A stretch of DNA of 52,032 bases. It comes from a virus (lineage: Duplodnaviria > Heunggongvirae > Uroviricota > Caudoviricetes). Numbering within the stretch: position 1 is the first letter of the stretch; every line of letters begins with the position of its first letter. The stretch is taken from the IMG/VR virus record IMGVR_UViG_3300035698_013589, positions 1-52,032 of that record. The stretch is one strand, 5' to 3'. Under the pieces are notes generated by a model. The model had not been told where the DNA came from. It did not search any database and was given only the letters and a program-made list of their open reading frames with translations. This document shows positions 29,857-39,236 of this stretch, piece by piece. The position numbers and the translations under genes are program-made.

Positions 29857-31176
29857 TTAAAGATTAAGAGAATTTTCGCCTGTATAAGTAATATCTCGAT
29901 AGTCTGCAGCCAATTTTTTGAATACGACAGCACGATTATCTGCATTACGTTCTTCCATTGTATTGATACAATATACTTGATATAACAAACTATGTTGGCC
30001 TTTCTTCTTTCTTAGAACCCTACCCATTCTCTGTATAGTTTGTTTATCTGTAGAATCACCAGCCATGATAATTGCAACGTCAAGCTTTGGTAAGTTATAC
30101 CCTTCATCAAGAACTTTACTGGTGAGAAGAATATTAAATTTATCCAGTTTGAAATCTGTGAGTGCTTGTTCACGTTTTTCTTTTGCAATCCCGCTATGGA
30201 CAATTCTACATTCCCTATTGTCTTCAAGAAGATGCCAATACAATTTTGAGGTTTGGTCATTATATTGATTAAACACTATAATCTTATTTGTTGGGTGATG
30301 AGCTATAATCTCTCTACCTATATTAAACTTCTCATGATAATTATTAACAAGGGCTTTTCTTTCATTCATGATGGCAAGCATCCTGAATTTTAATGGTGAT
30401 GTGGTTCTCATAATCCTTTCATAGTTACCACCACTTTTGAATATAGTGTTAAGTTGTTTGGTCATGAAATCATACTTATCCTCACTTTCTGGGTCAAGTC
30501 TCACACCAACATTTACAAATATAAAAGGATTGAGAACTCCGTCATTTAAAGCTTCAGCTGGTTTGTATTGAAACACATTATAATTAAACATCTTCATGAT
30601 TTTGAAGTGTTGATTATCAATTCTTTTGAGTGTTGCAGTTAAACCTAACTTATATTTGGTTTTGTGTTTTATGAGCTCAAGCATACGTTTTGTGCCGTAA
30701 TTATGAATCTCATCTAGTATTAAGAAATCAAATATTTCAAGTGGTATTTTACCAAGATTCTGCATGTTTGTTAATGTGATTTGTGCATACTCTTTCACAT
30801 CACCATAATAAACACCAACCTTCTGAATAGGTATTCCTGCATCGGTTAATTCTTTATACCAACCTGTCTCAAGAATAACATTTTTAGGAACAACTATTAA
30901 AATTCTAATATCTGGTTCTGTTTGAAACACTTCCTGGATAATGTTAATTGCGCTAAAAGTCTTACCTGCTCCAGTTGAAACTTCAAAAATTACATTTCCA
31001 TCATGTTTAAAAAAGAATTTCTTTGCTGCACGTTGCCAGTATCTTAATGATACTCCATCAGACTCATCTTCATATTCAGAGTAGTCATCATCATCTTTAA
31101 ATTCATCCAGATAACTCATAATTATTTCCTCAAAACTTTTTGTGTTTTTATCATACCTTTTGGAATAACTTGCCAA
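29857..31176 (-). CDS. Superfamily 2 helicase (XPB/Rad25-like)
   Basis: STGAGKT, LDEIH, TAT, VLDEGYN and QRMGRVLR motifs. Confidence 0.9.
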   Translation of the reverse strand: MASYSKRYDKNTKSFEEIIMSYLDEFKDDDDYSEYEDESDGVSLRYWQRAAKKFFFKHDGNVIFEVSTGAGKTFSAINIIQEVFQTEPDIRILIVVPKNVILETGWYKELTDAGIPIQKVGVYYGDVKEYAQITLTNMQNLGKIPLEIFDFLILDEIHNYGTKRMLELIKHKTKYKLGLTATLKRIDNQHFKIMKMFNYNVFQYKPAEALNDGVLNPFIFVNVGVRLDPESEDKYDFMTKQLNTIFKSGGNYERIMRTTSPLKFRMLAIMNERKALVNNYHEKFNIGREIIAHHPTNKIIVFNQYNDQTSKLYWHLLEDNRECRIVHSGIAKEKREQALTDFKLDKFNILLTSKVLDEGYNLPKLDVAIIMAGDSTDKQTIQRMGRVLRKKKGQHSLLYQVYCINTMEERNADNRAVVFKKLAADYRDITYTGENSLNL

Positions 31177-31379
31177 TGTTTATACAATCCATTTCCAAAA
31201 TCCATGAAAGCGAGAACTACATATTCCGTTGTCTCTTTCATAAGATAACCAACACTTCTAGTTTTGAGTGGTTTGAAATCATGCTCAATCTCTGCAAGTG
31301 TCATTGGTTCCAATGAACTTTGTGCATCAAACCAAACAACTTCTACTATCTTTAAATTGTTTGTCATTAATTTATCCAT
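31122..31379 (-). CDS. Small beta-rich viral protein (W-x-D-A family)
   Basis: VEVVWFDA...SVGYL...VVLA...IPKGMI pattern, common in virus genomes; function unknown. Confidence 0.6.
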   Translation of the reverse strand: MDKLMTNNLKIVEVVWFDAQSSLEPMTLAEIEHDFKPLKTRSVGYLMKETTEYVVLAFMDFGNGLYKHWQVIPKGMIKTQKVLRK

Positions 31380-31380
31380 C

Positions 31381-31539
31381 TCATTTTCTTTCAGTAAATA
31401 CTCCTGATGTTTTAATGTCAGACTTTGTTCTTTTTATAATTTTCCTTACAGAAAACCAATTTCTAATAGTCCAATATAAACTGTTCTCACATAACCAAGT
31501 TATAATTACTTTGTTCTTGAGTCGTTTACTGACAGCCAT
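31381..31539 (-). CDS. Small hypothetical protein (52 aa)
   Basis: Not in track; MAVSKRLKNK...; fills the gap between neighbours, GTGA RBS-like sequence. Confidence 0.4.
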   Translation of the reverse strand: MAVSKRLKNKVIITWLCENSLYWTIRNWFSVRKIIKRTKSDIKTSGVFTERK

Positions 31540-31543
31540 AATT

Positions 31544-32230
31544 TCACTTCAACATATCAAGTATCCTTTTTTCTTCAGCTTTACTATCCGTTTTTTGTTG
31601 AGTTGGTGTTTGTGTTTTACCAAGCATCATGTTTAGTTTGTCTGTTGAAAATGGGTCTGCAGGTGCTGGTGCAGCTGGTAGTGGTTGTTGTTGTGGTTGT
31701 GGTTGTGGTTGAGCATATGCTTGTTTTCTTGGTGCTGGTTTTGGTATTGTTCTTGCAGATGGTCTTGCAACTCTTTTCCTATATTCTGTAGGATGTGCAG
31801 GTGCACGAAGTGGTGCTTGTTGTGTTTGTTGTGGTTGTTGTGGTTGTTGACCAGTTCCAAGCATACTAGCTAACTTATCATTAGTATTAAATCCACCCTG
31901 ACCTTGACCGCCCATTGAAAATGCATTAGCAAACTTCTGTAATTTTTCTTTTTTATCTTCACCAGTAAGTTTCTTACGTTCTTGCTCTTTCATGTGAGCT
32001 ACAAGTTCTGGTTGCATCTCTGCAAGTGCTTGAGCTTTAGCATTAGCTTTTAACTGATTTCTATATTCTTTCTCAGCCTTTTTCTGGTCACTCTTAGCTC
32101 TTAGATTTGCCATCCATTTAGCAAACATACTTGTTCCGTTTTCTGAACTGTTTTTTGCTTTCTCAACTACACTTCCTATAAATAATCCTGTCCCGAAGCA
32201 TATAATCCCTATACCAATTTCCATTATCAT
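31544..32230 (-). CDS. N-anchored membrane protein with coiled coil and Q/P-rich disordered tail
   Basis: 228 aa; N-terminal TM; two DKLxxMLG motifs. Confidence 0.75.
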   Translation of the reverse strand: MIMEIGIGIICFGTGLFIGSVVEKAKNSSENGTSMFAKWMANLRAKSDQKKAEKEYRNQLKANAKAQALAEMQPELVAHMKEQERKKLTGEDKKEKLQKFANAFSMGGQGQGGFNTNDKLASMLGTGQQPQQPQQTQQAPLRAPAHPTEYRKRVARPSARTIPKPAPRKQAYAQPQPQPQQQPLPAAPAPADPFSTDKLNMMLGKTQTPTQQKTDSKAEEKRILDMLK

Positions 32231-32574
32231 TTTGACACCTTCTTAACTTTCTTAATTAAAGTTGTTTGTTTACCTGTACCAAGCATGTTATTTAATTTAT
32301 CTGTAATATTAAATCCACCTTGTTTTTTAGTACCAGTTGAAACATTAGTTATAGTCTTCTTAACTCTAGTCTTTTTTACATTATAATGATTATCAATAAT
32401 GTAATATAGATTAGATTTAAATATTGACTTGAAGGCGTTTTCCATATCTTTATTTTTTCCTTTGATACCATAATCCTTCATACATTGGTTCAATAGGTTT
32501 GCAGTCTTTGTTTTAAATTCTTTCGTTGCATTTGGTTTAATTATTGTTTTTATTTTTACTTCATGTTTTATCAT
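32227..32574 (-). CDS. Basic hypothetical protein
   Basis: 115 aa, K-rich, contains FNITDKLNNMLGTG; ATGA overlap with the next gene. Confidence 0.65.
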   Translation of the reverse strand: MIKHEVKIKTIIKPNATKEFKTKTANLLNQCMKDYGIKGKNKDMENAFKSIFKSNLYYIIDNHYNVKKTRVKKTITNVSTGTKKQGGFNITDKLNNMLGTGKQTTLIKKVKKVSK

Positions 32575-32759
32575 TTTTGTGACCTCATTTTAAGTTTTTT
32601 TTCATGCGTTGCACTGAATAATATAAAAACAGTGTCATTAACCATGATGTTCTCACTATAAATGACATCACGCCTGGTTTCGGGAACATATCAGCAGTTA
32701 ATTTAATGCTGTCCTCTTTCGCATATTTGTAAGCATTCGACATTTTAATATTCAGATGC

Positions 32760-33425
32760 TCATCCTTGAGCTTCTGGTGGTATTTCTATTTCATTATATG
32801 GTATTAATGTTTCGTTATCAATTGGTTCTAATGTTTGATTAACAACAGGTTCAATTGTTTCTGGAATAATTGTTTCATTAACAACTGGTTCAGGTTCTTC
32901 AACAACAGGTTCTTCAACAACTGGTTCAGGTTCGTTAACAATATCTGCAGGTGATACAGTTTTACATGCACTACCTCTCCAAATATTACCTAATTCATTT
33001 ACAAAGCAACACTTATTTCTATCGACTTCAGGAACAGTTGCACAATTTAAACCTTTCATAGAATCAGGTTTTTGTGTACATGTATTAAATTCAGAATCCC
33101 ATGCATCACCTAAATCATTTTTTTTACAACAAGATATTTTTTTATCGTCTGTATCATATTTGGCACAATTTTCAAACTCGCCACATCTTTGTTTATCAGC
33201 TAACCATACTTGACCAAACCCATTTTTCTCACAACACGCAGTTTTATCATTTGAAGTTGCGCAATTTGGTTGTGTGTTGTCTTCAGGTATAATAGGTAAT
33301 CCTGTCGTCTCATCAATAACAATTTCTTTATTATCATCGACTTTTGGTTCTCCATTAGAACAACCTGTCATTGTAATCATAAGTGCTAACATTCCTATCA
33401 ATAAAATTCCATATAGTTTTTTCAT
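32760..33425 (-). CDS. Cys-rich repeat lipoprotein
   Basis: Signal peptide ending in the lipobox-like MTGC; three C...CC..N..G..W...C repeats; P/E-rich C-terminus. Confidence 0.75.
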   Translation of the reverse strand: MKKLYGILLIGMLALMITMTGCSNGEPKVDDNKEIVIDETTGLPIIPEDNTQPNCATSNDKTACCEKNGFGQVWLADKQRCGEFENCAKYDTDDKKISCCKKNDLGDAWDSEFNTCTQKPDSMKGLNCATVPEVDRNKCCFVNELGNIWRGSACKTVSPADIVNEPEPVVEEPVVEEPEPVVNETIIPETIEPVVNQTLEPIDNETLIPYNEIEIPPEAQG

Positions 33426-33447
33426 CGTATTTCCTCTCTATACTTTT

Positions 33448-33909
33448 TTAGTCTCTTGAAGAGCCATCTTCCAACTGCAAATTAAAATCTTTTTCTTTCA
33501 TAATTTGATACATTGTTTTATCAAGTTTTTGGTTATACATATATGGTAAAAATATTTCGTCCAATGTAACAAGATTAATCTCGACAAGGGCCATTTGTGA
33601 ATCTACCCAATCTTTAATAATTCTCCAACCCGTTCTACGGGCTTGGTCAATATCATTTATATATCTTTGTGGTACTGCACCTTTACCTGCTTGTTGTTTA
33701 AATACTTGTAGTATTTTATTTTCTTCCATTGGAAGCTTGAATGCAAGTTCTTGATTATTAACAATACATTTGAATGCCACAGCTATCGGAGTTCCCTCAC
33801 TATCATACATTTTGTAAACGTGAGTTGCGCCATGTGTAGCTAGTATCTTCTCTATCTCTGCAATAGTTTTCTCAATTTTAATACTGGTTGTATAATTTTT
33901 TAATGCCAT
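33448..33909 (-). CDS. Conserved viral protein of unknown function
   Basis: NYTT.I...KTI.EI..IL..HGA...QARRTGWRIIKDWV..Q pattern recalled from phage hypothetical proteins. Confidence 0.65.
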   Translation of the reverse strand: MALKNYTTSIKIEKTIAEIEKILATHGATHVYKMYDSEGTPIAVAFKCIVNNQELAFKLPMEENKILQVFKQQAGKGAVPQRYINDIDQARRTGWRIIKDWVDSQMALVEINLVTLDEIFLPYMYNQKLDKTMYQIMKEKDFNLQLEDGSSRD

Positions 33910-34166
33910 TATTGTTTAATATCCTCTTGCTCGTCTGGAATATGTGAACCACGTTCAACAACATCTTTCTCTGGAACATCATCAACACTCACTTTCTCGT
34001 CGTTTTTCTTCAAAACACCAGGAGTAAACTTTGGTGGTCTTAATAGAAAGTATTCACTAAGTATAACACTAATAGCTTCAGACTTACTTGTGATGTTATT
34101 ATAAGCCATATAAATACGAAGATTTTTGTCCTCGTGTTCATCTATATCAAATTGTATCTGCACCAT
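33909..34166 (-). CDS. RHH-like DNA-binding protein
   Basis: MVQIQFDIDEHEDKNLRIYMAYNNITSKSEAISVILSEYF; first gene of the leftward operon. Confidence 0.65.
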   Translation of the reverse strand: MVQIQFDIDEHEDKNLRIYMAYNNITSKSEAISVILSEYFLLRPPKFTPGVLKKNDEKVSVDDVPEKDVVERGSHIPDEQEDIKQ

Positions 34167-34184
34167 AATATAATATAATAATAC

Positions 34185-34205
34185 TAACCAATATATAAAT
34201 GTTTC
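34185..34205 (-). promoter_or_regulatory. BRE/TATA promoter of the leftward operon (GAAACATTTATATATTGGTTA)
   Basis: Similar to 47838-47857 and 51470-51489; leaderless spacing to ATG 34166. Confidence 0.65.
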
Positions 34206-34310
34206 TATTCAATCACATTAAATGTAATTAAATGTTATTATATTATATTGAATGATAAAAGGTGTATGATAAGTTGATAGCAATATAGGATGAACTACCC
34301 CCGACACATA

Positions 34311-34650
34311 CTACATATGAAAACCTGCCATTTTGCCATTTTTATATTAGTTAATATAATATAGACTTGTGTGGTGTGGCTCGTACATATTACTATATAT
34401 TGATTGGACTACAAAAATGGCAACTTTTCTGCCATTATGGCTGTCAATGGCAAAAGACTGCCATCGCTGAAACTACAGAATTTAAAGGGTAGAGACGCTA
34501 ATGGCAAAGTTGTGGCAAAATGGCAGGTTTTTCAGATGTATAAGTAGATATGAGTACTCTAAGTAAATTGATAGTAGTTATAGTTTGTTATATTTCAACC
34601 ACTTTTATTTTTCTGTTTTTGCCATTCTGGCAGAAATTTCTGCCATTTTG
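34311..34650. other. Putative replication origin: cluster of TGGCA/TGCCA direct and inverted repeats
   Basis: 12 TGGCA/TGCCA copies between 34326 and 34645; perfect 18-bp inverted repeat 34321-34338/34513-34530; lies in the only long intergenic gap, at the strand switch, upstream of the MCM-like helicase. Confidence 0.7.
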
Positions 34651-34785
34651 GTTATTTTTTCAGATTTATTTGGCCGTGAGGCCGACCTAATGCTTATAGA
34701 AGAAGAGTAACGCCACCAAAATTCTACACACTACATAACATACTTTACATTATATATTAATAGCACACATCTGTTTCAAAATGAC

Positions 34786-34800
34786 AACATTTATATATAA
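34786..34800 (+). promoter_or_regulatory. TATA promoter of the replication operon (AACATTTATATATAA)
   Basis: Matches the early-class motif; upstream of RHH and helicase genes. Confidence 0.6.
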
Positions 34801-34856
34801 GGTGATAGTAAGCTATCAATAGGTGCGTTGCACCATATTAGAAATTGAGAGGTTTT

Positions 34857-35159
34857 ATGAATATGAAAAAAGATAAAGATGGAAAACAAACATTTATTTC
34901 TCGTATGCCAATTCAAATGCATAAAGAATTAAGATTCATTTCAATGTATACTGGTATGAGTATGCAGGATATTGGTAATTATGCAATCCAAAAAGAGATT
35001 GAATTGTTTAAGTCACAGATACCAGCATTGAAAGATATGGCTGATGAATACAAAAAATCCAAAGAACCCACAATACCTATAATATTTGATACCGTGGATA
35101 CGGATGAAGTTAAGACTCAGGAAGGAACAGAAGAAAGTATAGATAAGACATCGGACTAA
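34857..35159 (+). CDS. Arc/Mnt-like RHH transcription regulator
   Basis: QTFISRMPIQMHKELRFISMYTGMSMQDIGNYAIQKEI; ATG 34857 follows a GAGGT RBS (track starts at TTG 34845). Confidence 0.75.
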   Translation: MNMKKDKDGKQTFISRMPIQMHKELRFISMYTGMSMQDIGNYAIQKEIELFKSQIPALKDMADEYKKSKEPTIPIIFDTVDTDEVKTQEGTEESIDKTSD

Positions 35160-35175
35160 CCTGGGGATATTAAAA

Positions 35176-37398
35176 ATGGTAGATACATCCTCAACAGGAA
35201 CACGGAATAATAACCCAAAATATATTAATAGACTCGCTTCTAATGAAGAAATCTTATCCTTCATAAAAAAGAACTTTAGTCGATTAGATAATTCTTCCGC
35301 ATTAAAACTTGCAAAAATATTACTTAATAATAATATAGTAGATATAGAAGTAAGACAGTTCAAAGGAGTGTATGAATCATTTGTAAAAAGAAACAATGGA
35401 AAATTCACACCAACTGATGTTGATGGGCATGATAGATTTTATATTGAAGAAGGTGTTGTTGCAAAACTTCGTGATGGTGTATTCACATTACTAGAAAAGA
35501 TAGGAACTTCTATTAAAGATATTGAAGATGAGGATGATAAAGATAAGTGGTCCAAGTCTCAAGTTGATGGTGTTGAAGCATATGAAGTATCAAAACACAC
35601 AACCTTTCAAGACATCAGAGAAAAGATTGATAAGGAAGGTAAGGATGTTGCGTTCCGTTATTCATTTAAGAAATCAGATTTAGAAGCAGAACCATTTGAG
35701 AACAAATCATCTTTACAAATGGTAGATGTTCATATTAATGATGCAGGAGAATATTTTGGATTCCCATTAAAGTATACTTATCTATGCCCAGAGTGTGGAG
35801 CACTTTCAATATCAATGGAATATCAAGTAGCTTCAGCGCAAGCAAACAAAATCAAATGTCCTGAGATGATAGAAGTAGAAAATGAAAAAGGTGAAATTAA
35901 ACCTAAAAGATGTAACCACCCAATTATACCAGATGCAAATAGAACAGAAACAAAAGATTCATTTATTCATGCAGTCACTTTCAAAGATTCAGAAGGAAAC
36001 ATTCAGAAAGCTGATGCAATCACATTCACAACATTACCAAAAGGTCACATCAGAGTAGTTCTTCAAAAAATCCCAAGAGCATATGGAACACAATTTATTC
36101 ATATTGTAGATTTTCAACCACTTGAAAAGAAGATGTTTCCTATTCCAAAAAACACAAAGAAAGAACATTATTTATTTACATTAGTAAATGCTGTTGATAA
36201 ATATATTATTGATAGTACAGGCTATAACCATTATGGATACTTAGCAATGAAGATGGCCGCATTACTTCAATTTGCAGCAAGATATGTTCCAGGGTTTAAG
36301 TATAACTTTCACATCTCATTATCAGGAACGATGTCATCAGGTAAATCCCAGTTCGCTAGATATTGGGGACTTGGATTATATGCTCATGATTGTTGGAGCA
36401 GTAATGCAACATCCATCAGTATTCCAAAACTACGAGGAACTATGGAATCATTTCACTTATTTGGAAAAGACCATAGATACCAATATAGAGGATTGCTTGG
36501 TGAAAAAGATTTGATTATTATTGATGAGGTTAAAGAAGCACCAGATGTTAAGAATAATCTAAAACAATATGGACTTGAACCAACATATGAATATTCCAAG
36601 CAAGGTAGTAATAACCAAACATTTGAAAGAACAGCACAACTTATTGTCACACAGAATATTGACACTAAACACTTGAATAAATACACAAAAGAGATAATGA
36701 AGATTTATACTTCAAACGATTTAGTTAGTGTTGATAAAGAAGAGAACATTCCAAAACCTGCTTGGAACTATAATCAAGATTTAACTTTACCTTTATATTC
36801 GTTTGATAATAAATTCCTTAGATATGCAATAAGAAAGGTACGAGACGACTATGCAAGAAATCAAGTTAACTGGATTGATGGTTCAGAACTTGCATTAAAG
36901 CAAAGGTTCTTCTTTTATTTTTATTTAGGTTCAGATGAAAACAACGAAGAGTTAACAACTGTTATTAGGGAGAACAGCACCAAGAAGATTATATCAAACA
37001 ACATTGATATTATCAGAGCAATGGGAGCACAAAACTTAGCAGAACATTTTAATAATTGTGGGCATCTTCTGTATGGTAAGAACGACTTAGAATATTTTGC
37101 AAAGATAGATAAAATACTTGAAGAATATGATAAACGAAACGATGCAAGAACTAAAGAGATGTCATACGCAGTAATAAAATTGATAAGAATAATTGATGGA
37201 AGAGATTATTGTTTACCAAAAGATTTAGAAATATTTCAGTTTATTATGGAAGCAATTGATAATAAACTTGAGGTTGCAAACACAAAAGAATACAAAATAA
37301 ATGGCCCTCGTATGGTTGACGAAAATGATGTTGTTGAAGAAGCTGGTGGCGACGACGAATGGGGTTACAAAAATAATCTTGATGAGTTTACAAAATGA
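35176..37398 (+). CDS. Divergent MCM-like replicative helicase
   Basis: Zn ribbon (CPECG...KCP...RCNH), OB-like region, Walker A SGTMSSGKSQ, MCM-like ATSISIPKLRG segment, Walker B IIIDE, putative Arg finger QRF. Confidence 0.75.
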   Translation: MVDTSSTGTRNNNPKYINRLASNEEILSFIKKNFSRLDNSSALKLAKILLNNNIVDIEVRQFKGVYESFVKRNNGKFTPTDVDGHDRFYIEEGVVAKLRDGVFTLLEKIGTSIKDIEDEDDKDKWSKSQVDGVEAYEVSKHTTFQDIREKIDKEGKDVAFRYSFKKSDLEAEPFENKSSLQMVDVHINDAGEYFGFPLKYTYLCPECGALSISMEYQVASAQANKIKCPEMIEVENEKGEIKPKRCNHPIIPDANRTETKDSFIHAVTFKDSEGNIQKADAITFTTLPKGHIRVVLQKIPRAYGTQFIHIVDFQPLEKKMFPIPKNTKKEHYLFTLVNAVDKYIIDSTGYNHYGYLAMKMAALLQFAARYVPGFKYNFHISLSGTMSSGKSQFARYWGLGLYAHDCWSSNATSISIPKLRGTMESFHLFGKDHRYQYRGLLGEKDLIIIDEVKEAPDVKNNLKQYGLEPTYEYSKQGSNNQTFERTAQLIVTQNIDTKHLNKYTKEIMKIYTSNDLVSVDKEENIPKPAWNYNQDLTLPLYSFDNKFLRYAIRKVRDDYARNQVNWIDGSELALKQRFFFYFYLGSDENNEELTTVIRENSTKKIISNNIDIIRAMGAQNLAEHFNNCGHLLYGKNDLEYFAKIDKILEEYDKRNDARTKEMSYAVIKLIRIIDGRDYCLPKDLEIFQFIMEAIDNKLEVANTKEYKINGPRMVDENDVVEEAGGDDEWGYKNNLDEFTK

Positions 37399-37486
37399 CA
37401 CTATCAATGACACCTTTTTGGGTAATGATTATTGGGGCGTTTGCGTTCTGGTTTGGTCGTGAAATGTATAAATTATATCGGAGGAA

Positions 37487-37723
37487 ATGAAAATGAGTTT
37501 GGCAGAAATCAAAGAGAACATTGATAAGTTTGAGGAGAAGAATAAGGAGGACCTTATTCGTTACATTCATGAATTATTAATATATGAGAAAAGACAAGAA
37601 AGTAAAGCTATAAGCTTGAAGACTGAAATTAAGTTCCTTAATAGACACTTGAAAAAGATAAGAGATTTAATAGACAAAACATTACTATCAAAAGTGAAAG
37701 ACGATGAGACTTGGAAAGAATAA
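37487..37723 (+). CDS. Small coiled-coil protein
   Basis: 78 aa heptad-like; GGAGG RBS. Confidence 0.65.
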   Translation: MKMSLAEIKENIDKFEEKNKEDLIRYIHELLIYEKRQESKAISLKTEIKFLNRHLKKIRDLIDKTLLSKVKDDETWKE

Positions 37724-37725
37724 AA

Positions 37726-38415
37726 ATGCAAGATGAAATGGAAGAAATAAAGGAACCAGATTATGGTAAGAAACTTTTCTTCAAAGATTTGTTGGACTAC
37801 GCCAAACAGTACAACATTCTTGTAGATGAAAATTTTCTTAGACATCACAAATTTCATAAACCAGAAATAAATTGGTTATTGTTTTACAAGAAGGAGGAAA
37901 TCACTATGCAACACAGAAAGATTCAAGCCGATTTAACTGATAAACATATCATAAAATTACAGGCAAAAATAACCGAGCTTGAAAAAGAAAACAAAGGACT
38001 TGCTAACCCAAACAAATCAACAATAGGATGGAAAGGCACGAACAGTCTAACATTGAAAAAGTTAGATGATTCAGAATGGTTAATCACAGAACACCGAAAA
38101 ACAAAGAAGAGTGGAGATGTTTACGAAACAAATCATTATATCCCAATCTCAAATGTTGACAAAATATGGAAATTTATTAAGGAATTAACAACCACCGATA
38201 AACCTGAAACATATTACAGAGCAGTTATAAGAAAAATATTAATTGAGCACAATATAGGAATTGATATTGATGCATTCAATGGTGGAAGAAATAGAGCAAA
38301 GTATTTGTTCCCATTATATTACTATCCTGTAAAAATACTTGAACATCTTAATTATGTTGAGTATGGTGGTAGAGGAACAATTAAAAGATTAACATTTGAT
38401 AAGGTGAAATTATGA
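37726..38415 (+). CDS. Hypothetical protein (coiled coil plus possible DNA-binding C-domain)
   Basis: About 229 aa from ATG 37726 (track starts at TTG 37711); an internal ATG after AAGGAGG may indicate two cistrons. Confidence 0.6.
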   Translation: MQDEMEEIKEPDYGKKLFFKDLLDYAKQYNILVDENFLRHHKFHKPEINWLLFYKKEEITMQHRKIQADLTDKHIIKLQAKITELEKENKGLANPNKSTIGWKGTNSLTLKKLDDSEWLITEHRKTKKSGDVYETNHYIPISNVDKIWKFIKELTTTDKPETYYRAVIRKILIEHNIGIDIDAFNGGRNRAKYLFPLYYYPVKILEHLNYVEYGGRGTIKRLTFDKVKL

Positions 38416-38639
38416 CTGAGAAAAGATTAACATTCACTTTAACAAAAAGAGATTGTTATGAGATTACTAATAAATCAAACGACATACTCGGAGTAATTGA
38501 ACGAAAACGTGTAGGACGATTTTTACATTGGTGTTTCATGCCTATCCCAGTTGAAGAACTTGGTGATGTGTGGTTTACAAATGGATGCATGAAAGAGATT
38601 GTTGCTGAGATAACAAATCTCTACAATCAAAAAATATAA
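38412..38639 (+). CDS. Small hypothetical protein
   Basis: 75 aa, ATGA overlap with the upstream gene. Confidence 0.6.
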   Translation: MTEKRLTFTLTKRDCYEITNKSNDILGVIERKRVGRFLHWCFMPIPVEELGDVWFTNGCMKEIVAEITNLYNQKI

Positions 38640-38655
38640 TTATGAGGGTGAAAAA

Positions 38656-39213
38656 ATGACAAAAATAGTATGTTGGGATTGTGAGACAGGTGGGCTTAAT
38701 CCATTCAAATCAGCAATGTGTAGCATTACATTAAAGGTAGTTGGTGAAGAAGCTATTAGAACAATTTATATTAAACCACATCCAAAGTTGGAATATCATC
38801 CAAAAGCTATGGAAGTAAATGGATTAACAAAAGAGCAACTTGAGAAAGATGGTGTTACAGAACAGGAAGCAATCACACAAATAAGAGACTTCATTAAAAT
38901 TTATGGTGGTGGAAGACCAAGACTATTGGCTCACAATATCATATTTGATGCACAATTTACAAACGCAATGTTTGCAAGAAACAACGAACCATTATTCACA
39001 GAACTTGGACATTACCATCCGATTGACACAATGATTCTTATGCGTAGTTTAAAGGATGCAGGAATCATACAAATACAAAACGTGAATCTCACTGCTTGTT
39101 ACAAACATTTTTTTGGTGAACCATTCCAAGATGCACATACATCTGAAGGAGATGTTCTTGCAACAGAAAAGGTATATGAGAAGATATTAGAAACATTGAA
39201 GAAATTAGTATAA
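38656..39213 (+). CDS. DEDDh 3'-5' exonuclease (DnaQ-like)
   Basis: WDCETGG (ExoI), HNIIFD (ExoII) and HTSEGD (ExoIII). Confidence 0.9.
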   Translation: MTKIVCWDCETGGLNPFKSAMCSITLKVVGEEAIRTIYIKPHPKLEYHPKAMEVNGLTKEQLEKDGVTEQEAITQIRDFIKIYGGGRPRLLAHNIIFDAQFTNAMFARNNEPLFTELGHYHPIDTMILMRSLKDAGIIQIQNVNLTACYKHFFGEPFQDAHTSEGDVLATEKVYEKILETLKKLV

Positions 39214-39236
39214 ACACATTCACATAGGTGAAATAT

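Noticed and set aside
32585-32743. 52-aa ORF MSNAYKYAKEDS... (minus strand) between the lipoprotein and 115-aa genes
   Set aside because: No clear RBS or motif; may be real but is unsupported.
34311-34650. Possible CRISPR array or mini-array
   Set aside because: Repeats are 5-18 bp in both orientations with irregular spacing, with no constant 25-40-bp repeat and unique spacers; the Cas4-like domain has no cas1/cas2 context.
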